NCBI GenBank assembly: GCA_963514005.1
Contig: OY740797.1
Location: 42,470,001-42,534,000, forward strand
DNA: 64,000 bases
DNA from: Raja brachyura
Lineage: Eukaryota
Reading direction: 5' to 3'
Shown: piece by piece, positions 51,983 through 63,253 of the stretch
How positions within the stretch are numbered: position 1 is the first letter of the stretch
How the letters are laid out: every line of letters begins with the position of its first letter
Translations under genes and position numbers: made by a program
The notes under the pieces: model-generated
What the model was told of the DNA's origin: nothing
The model's database searches: none
Seen by the model: the letters and a program-made list of their open reading frames with translations, nothing else

Positions 51983-54900
51983 CTGGGTAACGAACAAGCT
52001 CAATTTTTACAGACATTCACAAGTCTGAAAATACGCAATAATTATGCGATACAGTAACTGTACCTCCACTGTAATGAATGACATCAAAAACACATAAGAC
52101 TGATATGAATTAACAATTACTTAAAGTCGAGAGGGAAAAGCAACCAGTTTTGCCAAGGGGATTAACAGAGTTTTGAATTGAATATTATTGTGGGAGCGCG
52201 TCAGTATGTATTGGTGGCTATAAGTTGAATGCTAGTAACCTACAGATGGCCTGTATATTGAAATAGTTATCGTGCTGAAATGCTAACTCCGAAAACTATC
52301 AATTCTTCCCAATGCACTGCCAGGAGTTAGATTGCTCCAGAACGGGGCAAAGCATGAGAGGTGGGTTGTGCATTCAGTAAATCCTATAAAGTTTCAAATC
52401 TGCTTTACCAAAATATGTTTGCTGACAAAATGTGAAGGCAGAACTTGCTTACATGTTCTGCAGAATCAACAAAATTCAAATTTTGTGTGACATACCACGA
52501 TGATGTGGTACGATTATAACACATTCAATAAAGATTCACGAGGAAATCACGATAACAAATATACATCCACAATCAGAGCATGACATCTCGGTTTTATAAG
52601 GGAAAATATATGATTTAATTTGTGGTGAATTTTTACAGAGCAAAAGAAAAAATGATAATGATGAAAATAGTCATCATATTGTAAGTGGGTAGAAATGTTA
52701 TTTGTTCTGTTTTGGCATTTCAGTGTTAGTGTAAGACCTCTGAGTCAACAGTGAGATTTTCTGGCAAGATTATTTGTCACAAGTTTTTAATTTTCAAGTT
52801 TATTTATAAAGGTCACCTTCTGATTATGTGGCTTTTATTTGGTTGTTTGCCTTTTATGACTAGTGAACCAATTTCAGTTTTTGTTTTTTGGAAAAATAGG
52901 CATTTAATTTTATTGCTTACATTTTCCACACTACAGCCACATTGATAATTATTATATGTATAATATTTCAAAAGAAGCATCTTATGAATTTGGAAGCATT
53001 TTGCTCATCCTCTGCTGGTCAGAGATTTGTTTGTTTTTAGTCAATAATATTGACATTATTGTTACCTGAACCTTAACAAGACATGTAACTAGAATGCATT
53101 TTACATATGTTTTGTCTTGCTGAACACTAACTGGTAAAATGTTTTACATTTCATAATCAAATTTATACAGTGGATTGCATGAAAAACAAGAGAACAATTC
53201 ATCTATTTTTTATACCATGTGCATGTCTTGGTTACACGGAAGCTTCATTTTAAAATAGCTTCCTTATAAATCTATATTTTTTCAAATGACTGCAAATGGA
53301 AATGCTGGAGGTGCTTGTAAACTTTACAATGGAAGCCTGCAAGCCTTCATTAAATTAGAAAAACCATTGTTATCATGCAAATACTCCATTTAATGCCATC
53401 GCTGATTATGAAAAGTTAGTTTTCAGATTTCACAATAGAATTTTTTGAATGAGAACAGATCTGTCACATTATGACAGATTTTTGCATACACTATGCTTTG
53501 ACTTAAAAAAAAAAAATCTGTTGACTCAATTGAAAAGTGACAAGGCAATATTTAACCTGAATAGAGGCAGGTTGACTTCTCTTATTAAAAGTGACAGTTA
53601 AGGACATTTCTTTCTTTGTTTTCCTTGATGTACGCAGACAACTGTGCTCTTCTAACTACGGCGTGAGTCTTAATAAACACAAAGTCAGATGACTTTTTAA
53701 AACAATTTTATAAACAATCTGTTTTTTGAGTGCCTCGTGCTGGTTTAATGTAATGAGGCGACGTTTCCTTTTAAGTATCAAGTTTTTTCCCCCTCTGGGT
53801 TGGACTTCAGTAGATGAGCTTCAAGAGGCTCGCTAATCTTCCAGAGGTCAGGAGTGACAAGCCCCGAGGTTCTTACTTTTGCATGTCCTATTTTCCACAA
53901 GTAATTGTTGACAATCTCATTTCATTCGGAAGCTACCACTTGAATTTCCAAACCTCATTTTCAATCCTTGCTTTTGGAAAAGCTGGTCTTCATACAATAT
54001 ATATATATGATATATATCGGTGACGCACCAGTCAGATTCTATGTTTCTATCCCAATTAGTATTCCGACAGGGAAAGTATAGCACCATTTTGTTTGACATC
54101 AAAACAAAAAAAAACACAGAAGTGTCTGCGGCAAATTAAAAGTAAATTAACCTTCACAAACCATTTCCTTCTGTTTCCTGATTACTTTGTTACCAGGAGG
54201 CATTAAGAATAATTTCAGTGGTGGACACTGCCATTCTTCTCTGTAGCAAGGTGAAAATAATTTTATTTTCATCACCTTTTTTCTGTGATGGATTTACTTG
54301 AAAAAAATAATGACAGCCTTCCTCACAGCAGCTGACAATCCTGATGTTGAGAGTGGGCAGACTGAACAGGCCAGAGAGGTACCTCTGTACCTATTATGGC
54401 AAAAATCGATACTGCACTATCTAAATTGCACCTCCCATAGGAGCAGATCAAATCCAGGAGGGGGAAGTCATCATTCTCTGTGAAAGCTCCTGCAAATTCA
54501 ACCAGCACAATTATGAACAGATTTTCAGAAAAAAGAAAACTCATCCACCATAAAATTAATTGTGCACTCAGATGCTGTGAAGTGTGCAACAACACATGTG
54601 CCTGATTCCAAGGGAAAAAAACATTTCATGAGCAAGTCTAGCCGCAGGTTATTGTATGCCTTGTAAAATCTGCAATGTACAATCCTAAAAAACTGTTGTT
54701 ATGTGCGAATGAAGTAAATGACCAATATTTCTTATAATAGAAAGAATGGGGGAAGAAACCTTGAAATAGTGATTTTTTTTTTTTTTTTTGCTGAGTGAGT
54801 CTGTAATTATCAACAAAGAGCTGCCTTTGTTCTACTTGGAATAAAACACACAAACACTGGGACACAGACAAACACACACACACACACACTGCAGAAAATA

Positions 54901-56644
54901 AACACCGCGTGAGCATGTTTGAAATTTAAATTGCTTAAGAAAAGATTATGAAAAACTGTGCTGATGATTATTGGCAATGAGTAAAACCCCATCTGACATA
55001 ACACACTGTGGATCGGAAAGGGGCATCAGACAAGATGTCATCCATCAGGCTGCAACCACCAGCTGGCTATTGCCGATCTGTTTCCGCTTGCAGTAGTTAT
55101 CCCACTGAAGGAAAATCTCTAAACAAGGCTGTGAATTGGTTTTCATGCTTGCATTGACAGATTGGAAAAGCAGTTTGTTCTACCAAATTTAACAATGATA
55201 TATCATTATCACAACTTTGGGAGAAATCTATAAAATCAATAAGTTTGTAGCCTAACTAGGATTTGTATTGCTTACATGCTGAGCTTCTGTCAAAGTAAAA
55301 GTGTATAGATTGAGTCACAGGCAGATCAATGGCATTTGTGGACACTAAGCTCAATAACAACCCTTCTGAAAAGAAATAGATGTAAAAAGCAAATTTACTA
55401 GGAAAAATAGCTAATATCCTTTCTGTTTGTAGCTGAAGCACTTTTCTGCCGCTATTGGCGCTGGCAGCTCTAATGCTTGCATCGTATGTGCTTGCCATTC
55501 CGAGTGTTACTGCTGTTTTAGATTCTTGCTCTCTGTGTACACTTGAATGCTCCCATTTGCCGGGCTTGTAGGAAACTGGCCAAGAGAAAAAAAGGGCCTT
55601 TATTGTAAATTGAATAAAATCCGCAGCCTCACGAAACTAGGCAGCTTTTATATACTTTGTACTGGCAAGGATTGCTAATGGAGAAAAATAAAGACATGTA
55701 ATTAAATAGTTTAATGAATTTGTATGTCTTTTGTTTGAGTGTGACGTGGAATGTGTGTGGCTGCAGGGTGACACAAAGAACTTGGCTGGTACTAAGTAAC
55801 GTAGGAAATTTGTTCTTTGAATGATACCAAAGGTTTTTATACTTCATTATCACAGCATGCAAAATTGCTTGTAGTAAATGATTTGGATTTTTTCCTTGAT
55901 TAAACAAAAGAAGCATTCAGTCCCCAGATTGTATTTTTCTCTGCAGAAGACAATAAATCAGGTCTTTTTTTTCTGTGGTGCCATGCCTCTGAATGCTCAG
56001 ATGTTAGTGATTTTTTTTTAAATCTTCCAGTGAATATGTTACTTTCCATTCAAATGATAAATATAGATAATTTATATATTTTTTATTTTTTAACTGAATT
56101 AATTTATTTCAGCATATTGCTGTTCGTTTTCTAGTAGCTCAAAGTCTTGCAGTCAGTGGGCTATTTAAAAAAAAATTAATGCGTGAGTTTCAAATGATCA
56201 GGTGAATTGAACAATGCATTGTTGAGTGCGTTTGCACCTTGTGAAGTCGTTCAGTTTGGTCCCTTACATTTTGCTTGCCGACCTTTCCACTTAACTGCCT
56301 GAGGTTTCTTAAGTTGCACACTTCTACCCAAGTCCAAAATTACGGTGTTACCTAACTTGCATCTAACATGGTTTAACTCCATCATCAGGTATCATTTAAA
56401 AAAAGCTCAAATCGTCCCAATGAAATTGGAAGAGCATCATTTTCTATCTACTGGTTTTAATTAAACTGATAATGTAGAAAAATAAACTTTTTATTGAAAC
56501 TCTCATACAGCACACAGGTAAGACGATGGTTCCTTATTCAATTAAGTTGTACCAATAAGAAACGGATTCATTTTGTATCTTCAAGGAGATTAGGAATGAG
56601 TCTTTCCATACTAGTCCAACAACCTGTTATGCTATTCCATGGTA

Positions 56645-57140
56645 AGAGGTGCAGCAGCATGGTAATTCAATTACTCGGCCAGTATCCAGAGGCTTGGACC
56701 ATTGATCCACAAACGAGAGTTCGAGACACACCGTGTCACTTGGGGAATTTCAGTTCAAGTAACTGAATAAACCTGGAATAAAAAGGCTAGAATCAGTAAC
56801 AGCATGCCTGCCTGGAGGAACTCAGTGGATCAGACAGCATCTGTGGACAAACGATGTTCGGGTCAAGGGCCTTCCTCAGACTGTTAGAGGTTGGGGAGGA
56901 GTGGGAGGAGAAAGCTTGAAAAGAGGTGGGGGCAGGACAAAGACTGGCAAGTGATAGGTGGGTACCATTGAGATGACGGTTGCGAGACTCAACTTGCTCA
57001 CTAAGGTCCACCAGAGCACGAAATCTGTAATCCTTACCCAGTATGGTCTATCTGTAACCCCCAAACCAGGGGCAATTATGGATGGGTAATAAATCTTGTT
57101 ATATCAGTTATATCATATCACATTGAATAAATAAAATAAA
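56645..57140 (+). mobile_element. Old tRNA-derived SINE (second family) interrupted by a minus-strand Penelope-like fragment (~56805-56970)
   Basis: B-box-like gagttcgagac, ggggaatttcagttc...ctggaataaaaaggctag, and tail ggggcaattatggatgggtaataaat. The insert reads ggaactcagtggatcagacagcatctgtgg...cccttcctcagact. Confidence 0.65.
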
Positions 57141-57912
57141 ACGTAAACTGGATAACCTAGCTGGATAATGAATGGTTCTATCTTGTCCTTGTGACTGCGG
57201 GATCGTTATCAGCATCAAAGGTGAATGATTTTCACTGATAGTACTTATATCAGGTCATCTTTTGAATTAAGCTCAGAGCCCACCTATACATACAGGCAAT
57301 ATGATTTAGCCTTGTTGAAGTGTAAAGATATTCCCACCGCATCAGGTAAGATCTGCCGCTTACATGGATTTTTTCCTGGGCAACAGGAAGAAAATAAATA
57401 TGTAGCATAGAATAAAGGCCAGGCACCTTTGCCATCCACAACCTTTTCTTTTCATGATGAGACCTTTTTAATCTTTTTTTTCACTCCAAACTCATACCCT
57501 TCTATCCTTTAATAAATCACGAATTGATCCAATTCCCCTGTGAATGGTTCAATGAGGTCAGTATTTACTGCCGTAGGTGGCAGTCTATTTCATAAGGCAA
57601 TGATTCTAATCGACGTTATTTCAGATGCTAAGTCACAATTCGGTATTCAAACTTTTATTTGATATTCCCTGATTTTGTTGTTTGCATTCCCTTAAGAAAT
57701 CACACCTTGCATTCACTGTATTTTTCTAGCAGTTTGATTGCAATTATATAAACATTTTAAAGACACTTATTTAATAAGGTTTAATTTACTTAGGGTAGAA
57801 TCTTGCTGGTGCAAAACAAGCTGTATCAAAATGGCTGCCTGCAACGCACTCGATCCATCGACCGACATTGACAGATATTAACAAACATCGATACAAGTTA
57901 CAGTTGAGATAA

Positions 57913-58368
57913 TAGACACAAAATGCTGGAGTAACTCAGCGGGCCAGGCAACATCTCTGGAGAGAAGGAATGGGTGATGTTTCGGGTCGAGACCCTTCTT
58001 CAGACTGATGTCAGGGGAGTGGGCGGTACAGAGATAAAATCAAATCTTTGGATAAAATGTAGACGGAGACAGTAAGACTGGTCGGAGAACTGGGAAGGGG
58101 GAGGGGATGGAGAGAGAGGGAAAGCAAGGGCTACTTGAAGTTAAAGATGTCAATGTTCATACCACTGGGGTGTAACCTGCCCAAGTGAAATATGAGGTGC
58201 TGTTCCTCCAATTTGCTCTGGGCCTCACTCTGACAATGGGGGAGGCCCAGGACAGAAATGTCAGTGTGGGAGGGGGAGTTAAAGTGTTGAGCAACCAGGA
58301 GATCAGGTAGGTTTAGGCGGACTGAGCGGAGGTGTTCAGCGAAACGATCGGCGAGCCTGCGCTTGGCT
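57913..58368 (-). mobile_element. Penelope-like retroelement 3' fragment: GIY-YIG endonuclease C-terminus, 3' UTR and pseudo-LTR with hammerhead core
   Basis: KRRLADRFAEHLRSV...VAQHFNSPSH...SVLGL...KLEEQHLIFHLG.L.PSGMNID (58131-58368) matches PLE GIY-YIG C-terminal motifs (R..EH, HF, E...I, GxN). It is followed by the pseudo-LTR seen throughout the window. Confidence 0.9.
57976..58003 (-). ncRNA. Minimal type-I hammerhead ribozyme core within the PLE pseudo-LTR
   Basis: CUGAAGA-A-GGGU(CUCG)ACCC-GAAA-C-AUC. The family consensus ends GAAACGUC, with a palindromic ACGU stem III. Confidence 0.65.
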
Positions 58369-58974
58369 GCAGTTGATATGATTGGACATTGGGAGGGGAA
58401 CATGCAGATGGCAGGTACTAATGTGCCATTTTAGTATGAGCAGCAAAGATGACGTTTACCCCAGAGCCTTGTAGTTTTTTCCACTACCTGGGTATCTTGC
58501 GCATTATGAACAAACCAGCACAGAGCATCCACTGGAGCTTTATCAGGCAATAAAATAGTATGGATCTGTCACTGTGTTGAACTGACCCTTATCAAAGTCA
58601 GTGTTAACATTCTGGGCGACTGTGATTATGGTAAGTAATCTCCCCACATCATCTCAGCTCAAAAACGTAAGTCTGACCATCTTTGGAGGTGTTCTTTTGA
58701 ATATGCCTATTATACACATGAGTGCATATTCATTTGCCTTCAAAATAACTATCGGCAAGCAAGTGTGCTTCTACTGCACTCCATATCACTTATGAAAGCT
58801 TCCATCCATTGATGAAACATTCATTGGACAGTACGGCCAATGAATAGTTTACTGTATAGCCCATCCAGCATTTATAGCCCATCCCAAGTTTCAAAAGATT
58901 CTAGTAAGGGGCCTTTTTGATTTACCAGACTCTATACAATGAAATTATTCGCAGATGACTGGCCATTCATGGAG

Positions 58975-60075
58975 CATAGAACAGGACAGCACAGGAACTG
59001 GTCCTGCAACCTACAATGTCTGTGCTGAAGATGATGCCCCAATAAACTAACCTCAACTGCCAACGCATATTCTATTTTCCTCCATTCCCCACATATTCAT
59101 GTGCCCATCCAAAAGCCTATGAAATGCCCCATCGTATGTGCCTCCACCACCACTGCTGGCAGCACATTCCAGGCACTCCCTACGCTATGTGTAAAAACCT
59201 TGCCTTGCACATCTTTAAACTTTGCCTCTCTCACCTTAAAACTATGTCCTCTAGTTTTTGACATTTCCACTCTGGGAAAAAGGTTCTGACTGTCTCCCCC
59301 ATCTAAGTGTCTTATAATTTTATATACTTCTATCAGATCCCCCTCAACCTGTATTCCAGCGAAATTCATCCAAGTTTGCACAACCTCCCCTTATAGCCAA
59401 CACCTCCTAATCCAGGCAGCATTGTAGTAGAGTCTGAAGAAAGATCTCGACCCGAAACGTCACCCATTCCTTCTCTCCACAGATGCTGCCTGTCCCGCTG
59501 AGTTATTCCAGCATTTTGTGTCTATCTTCAGCATTCTAGTAAACCTCCTCTGCTCCTTCTCCAATGCCTCTGCATCCTTCGTGAAATGAGGCGACCAGAA
59601 TTGCACCCAATATTCCAAACGCGGCCTAACTAATATCTTAAGAAACTGCAACATGAATTCCTGACTCATATTCAGTGCCCCAACCAATGAAGGCAAACTC
59701 TACATATTCCTGCCTTCTACTTGTGTTACCTGATAGATCAGCCATGATTGAATGGTGGAATAGACTTGATGGGCCGAATAGCCTTATTATGGTCCTAGAG
59801 ATTATGAACTTACCACTTTTTGGGATCTTTGGGCCTAGATCCCAAGAGCCCTCTGCACATCAATGCAGTTAAGAGTTTTGCCACTAACATATTCTTTCCC
59901 CTTCCATTCCACCTTGCAAAGCCTAACACCTCACACTTGCTCACATTTAATTCCATCTGCCATTTCTCTGCCAATATCTGTAGTTGCTCCATGTCCCTCT
60001 GTATAGTTTGACAGCCACTGTCCACAATTCCCGGCAATCTTACCAAATTACTAACTGACCCTATACATTTACGTC
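58975..60075 (-). mobile_element. CR1/HER1 LINE 3' ~1 kb with nested insertions
   Basis: Minus-strand IQRDMEQLQILAEKWQMELNVSKCEVL, LVRPRLEYWVQFWSPHF..D.EALEKEQRRFTRM and GDLIEVYKII...SKTRGHSFKV. Contains a PLE insert (59430-59528) and a short + strand CR1-tail piece (~59735-59800). Confidence 0.92.
59430..59528 (+). mobile_element. 99-bp Penelope-like pseudo-LTR insertion with 13-bp TSD
   Basis: TSD CAGCATT(G/C)TAGTA at 59417-59429 and 59529-59541. Hammerhead-like core at 59434-59461. Confidence 0.85.
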
Positions 60076-60129
60076 CATGTCATTTCCAATCCTTTTTGGA
60101 TCTAACTGAATGATTTATTTTCTGGTTCC

Positions 60130-60732
60130 ACCATGCTGAAAGATGGGAGCAGGGGTTTGATATGAACAACATCACCTGTAAGTCCCCATCCAAGTCACAA
60201 CCCATCTTAATTTTGAAACACTGTATCATTTCTTCACTCTCATTGAGTGAACATTTTGGAACTCTCCATCCAACAGCTTCGTGTGAGTAAAGGGGCTGTC
60301 CCACTGCGACCTAATTGGCAAGTTAAAAGAGTTTAGGAGAGGTTGAAAAAAATGTCAGGTTGAAGACATCCTTTGACTATGCAGAAGATCTCCTTCGACC
60401 TCTTTCGACTATGTTGAAGACTAGCTTTGACTAGCTTCGAATAGCTTCAGGAAAATTGGACACCGAATAGTGGAGAGTGAAGATGACCTCCTTCGATCTC
60501 CTTCGACCTCCCTTCGACTATGTTGTAGACTTACAAAGACCTCGTAGGACCTCGTGATCGACCATGCCGTGAGTATGAGTCGAGGGCAAACTCGCCAGAA
60601 CTCGCTGATTATTTCGCCGCAATGGGACAGCCCCTTAACTTCACCTAAAGACAGCAGTAATTCATGAAGAGAATCCAACAGCACCTTCTTATGGAAAATT
60701 AAGGAAGGGTGATAAATGTTGGTTTTGCCAAT
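60130..60732 (+). mobile_element. Old CR1/L2-clade LINE 3' end, interrupted by a MITE
   Basis: catcacctgtaagtccccatccaagtcac...ggaactctccatccaacagc | cagcaccttcttatggaaaattaaggaagggtgataaatgttgg. The tail resembles that of the second SINE family. Confidence 0.6.
60291..60635. mobile_element. PIF/Harbinger-type MITE, 345 bp
   Basis: 18-bp TIRs AGGGGCTGTCCCACTGCG and CGCAATGGGACAGCCCCT (1 mismatch). TAA TSD at 60288-60290 and 60636-60638. Internal CTTCGAC and GACTATGTTGAAGAC subrepeats. Confidence 0.88.
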
Positions 60733-60774
60733 TAAAAAATATATAGTTCAGGTGAGGTAAAGTTGCCAAAAGTC

Positions 60775-60900
60775 CTTCTCTGAAAGGATATTAGTGAATC
60801 AGAGCATTAGGATGAAGCATTATTGGTAATATTTCAGATTTATTTGGTTATCTGAATACGAATTCCCCAGCTATTGTGGATCAGTCTCTGGATCTTTAAT
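60775..60900 (-). mobile_element. Fragment of the second SINE family
   Basis: aaaggatattagtgaatcaga...ttcagatttattt...gaattccccagct is the reverse complement of the conserved block at 42180-42290. Confidence 0.45.
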
Positions 60901-61526
60901 TCAGGTTGGAATAATATGTCCTGCACAAAACTGGTGTTGCTCTGAACTATTAGTAATGCTCTCTGTGGATTTGGACTGATCTGAACAATGCTGCAATTGG
61001 TAATTGGGAAACTGAGAAGAAACACTTACTGTGCTAATGTTCAAACAAGAAGTGTTCCCAAACTCGGTTGGTATTAATGAACAGTGTTAAGATGGCACCT
61101 TCGACTATGCAGATCTTCTTCAGTAGTGCACTCGATCATTAGTACACTGTAAGGATATTTGTATTCAACACTGTAATGGTATGGGTCAAGCAACGGTTCA
61201 ATGTTGAGCAGGTCTGTAAAATATCAGATTAAATAAAATGTAATTTACAATAACACTGGCATACTTTTATCTACCAAACATAATTTATAAATTAAATTTC
61301 TAGCTACTATTTCTTTAAGTCTACGGTCTCTTGATAGTTTTATTTTTGTATGGAGAAGATATTTTATTAAGAAACATTTTGCTACCTTCTGCAAGATACA
61401 AGTTTAAAGTATCAATTTCTGACCAAAACCTATAGAAGGGATTGAACAAATGTTCAGGTCCAAAAAGAAGGTGAGCATGGCACCACGTAAAGATTTAATA
61501 TGAAATCTATTTCAAATTAGACTTTT

Positions 61527-61944
61527 GGTTTAGTTTAGTTTTGAGATACAGGCCCTTCGGCCAACCGAGCCTGCACCGACAGCGATCACCCGCCAACTAG
61601 TGTTGTACTAGTTTTGTCCTTCACACTAGGAACAATTTACATAAGCCAATTAACTTACAAACCTGTTCAAGAAGGAACTGCAGATGCTGGAAAATCGAAG
61701 GTAGACAAAAATGGTGGAGAAACTCAGCGGGTGTGGCAGCATCTATGGAGCGAAGGAAATAGGCGACATTTCAGGTCGAGACCCTTCTTCAGACAAACCT
61801 GACTTAGAAACCTGAACGTCTTTCAAGTGTTGGAGTAAACTGGTGCAACCAATGTGTTCACAAACTCCATACAGGCAGCACCCGTAGTCAGGATCTCTGG
61901 TGCTGTAAGGCAGCAACTCTACCATTGTGCAACTGTGCCACCCT
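61527..61944 (-). mobile_element. HE1-type V-SINE interrupted by a Penelope-like pseudo-LTR (61666-61792)
   Basis: HE1 tail, V-domain and A box all in reverse. The insert is flanked by ACAAACCTG at 61657-61665 and 61793-61801. Confidence 0.85.
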
Positions 61945-62470
61945 AAAATGTTTTACTTAAAAAATGTTGATATTCAGAAACATTATGTTATATAAAACAA
62001 ATAATGATGCTATGTTATGTAAAAAAATTGTTATGTAAAACAAATAATGATGGTGAATACCTGTGTAACTCAATAATGATCAGCAGTCAGCTTTCAACTG
62101 GAGGGCCAAGCGGAGGAAACAATGACACATTCGTTTGTGATTCCAGAATCTATTTAATAAGAATAAGTTTATTTCATTATTTTTTTCCAAATAGAGGTGC
62201 AATTTATCTGCACAACTTGTGCCAGATAAATAATACTTATATTTGGAAAATATTGGTTCTGTACATTTTGTTCCTAAAAAAAAATCAAAATAGCAATGGG
62301 TTCTTGATGTAGTTTATGGTTAATTTACAATATTTGGCAGTGCAAGTCTACCTCATACCGAGTAGCATTGAAACACCAATGGCTGGTTTTATTGATTATG
62401 TTGGCCACAGACAACATCACCTTTGCTACATCAGTGAGCAGAAAACCCAATAATTGACCAATAATTGTTG

Positions 62471-62568
62471 GAGATAGGCACACAATGCTGGAGTAACTCA
62501 GAGGGACAGGCAGTATCTCTGGAGAGAAGGAATGGGTAACGTTTCGAGTCGAGACCATTCTTCAGACT
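62471..62568 (-). mobile_element. Penelope-like pseudo-LTR fragment
   Basis: cacaatgctggagtaactcagagggacaggcagtatctctggagagaaggaatgggtaacgtttcgagtcgagaccattcttcagact. Confidence 0.85.
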
Positions 62569-62625
62569 TTGTTGGAGGTTGTACTAGCTGACTCTTGGGG
62601 ACTGCTGAACCAGAAGGGGGATCTA

Positions 62626-62759
62626 GTCAAGTCAAGAGTCAAGAGAGTTTATTGTCATGTGTCCCGGATAGGACAATGAAATTCTTGCTTGCTACAACAC
62701 AACAGAATATTTTAGGCATAAATACAGATTAGATCAGATCAGTGTGACCATATACCATA

Positions 62760-62760
<1 letters not shown>
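62626..62760 (-). mobile_element. Rex1-like LINE 3' tail
   Basis: The minus strand reads gcaagcaagaatttcattgtcctatccgggacacatgacaataaactctcttgactcttgacttgac. Confidence 0.6.

Positions 62761-62761
<1 letters not shown>

Positions 62762-62822
<61 letters not shown>
62762..62822. repeat. (TA)n microsatellite, about 30 units
   Basis: Directly visible. Confidence 0.97.
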
Positions 62823-62828
<6 letters not shown>

Positions 62829-63039
62829 AATACGCTATCTGTGCAATAGGCTGTTAATTATGATGTGTCAATTATGCCTGTTGGACTGAATCTAATTGTT
62901 CATATGGAAACAAGTGCTCTGATTGGGGACAAAAATCTAACTGCATCAGTTAGCTCACTGAAAACGTCTCGAGCAAAACCGCCAGCAGATGTGGTTGGAA
63001 TGGCTTAATAAAAATATACACTTACAAGTTGATTCATTT

Positions 63040-63253
63040 GTAATCAGAAGAGGTATATACTCATTTGACGCCTGGGATGGGCTAGGTTGTCGATGGCTTA
63101 GTACTATTAGCACCGGGATATAAAGATACACCGATGGGCCGACCCATCTGAATGATGGCACCACAAATGGTGGCGCCCGCATGTGTAATATATGCAAAAC
63201 GGATTTCACTGTGCAGTTGCATATGTGACAAATAAGACACTATTGACTATTAT
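63040..63253 (+). mobile_element. Short element ending in a Rex1-like tail
   Basis: GC-richer body followed by atttcactgtgcagttgcatatgtgacaaataagacactattgactatt. The 5' boundary is uncertain. Confidence 0.4.

Noticed and set aside
51521-52057. Longest ORF in the window (178 aa)
   Set aside because: It starts at GTG, has no recognisable domain and overlaps a decayed L2 3' end, so it is a chance ORF.
57569-57583. CTCF-like GCCGTAGGTGGCAG
   Set aside because: It has two core mismatches and sits in what appears to be a decayed reverse CR1 segment.
60355-60560. Short interspersed repeats superficially like a CRISPR array
   Set aside because: The DNA is eukaryotic, the units are irregular without unique fixed-length spacers, and they lie within MITE TIRs.
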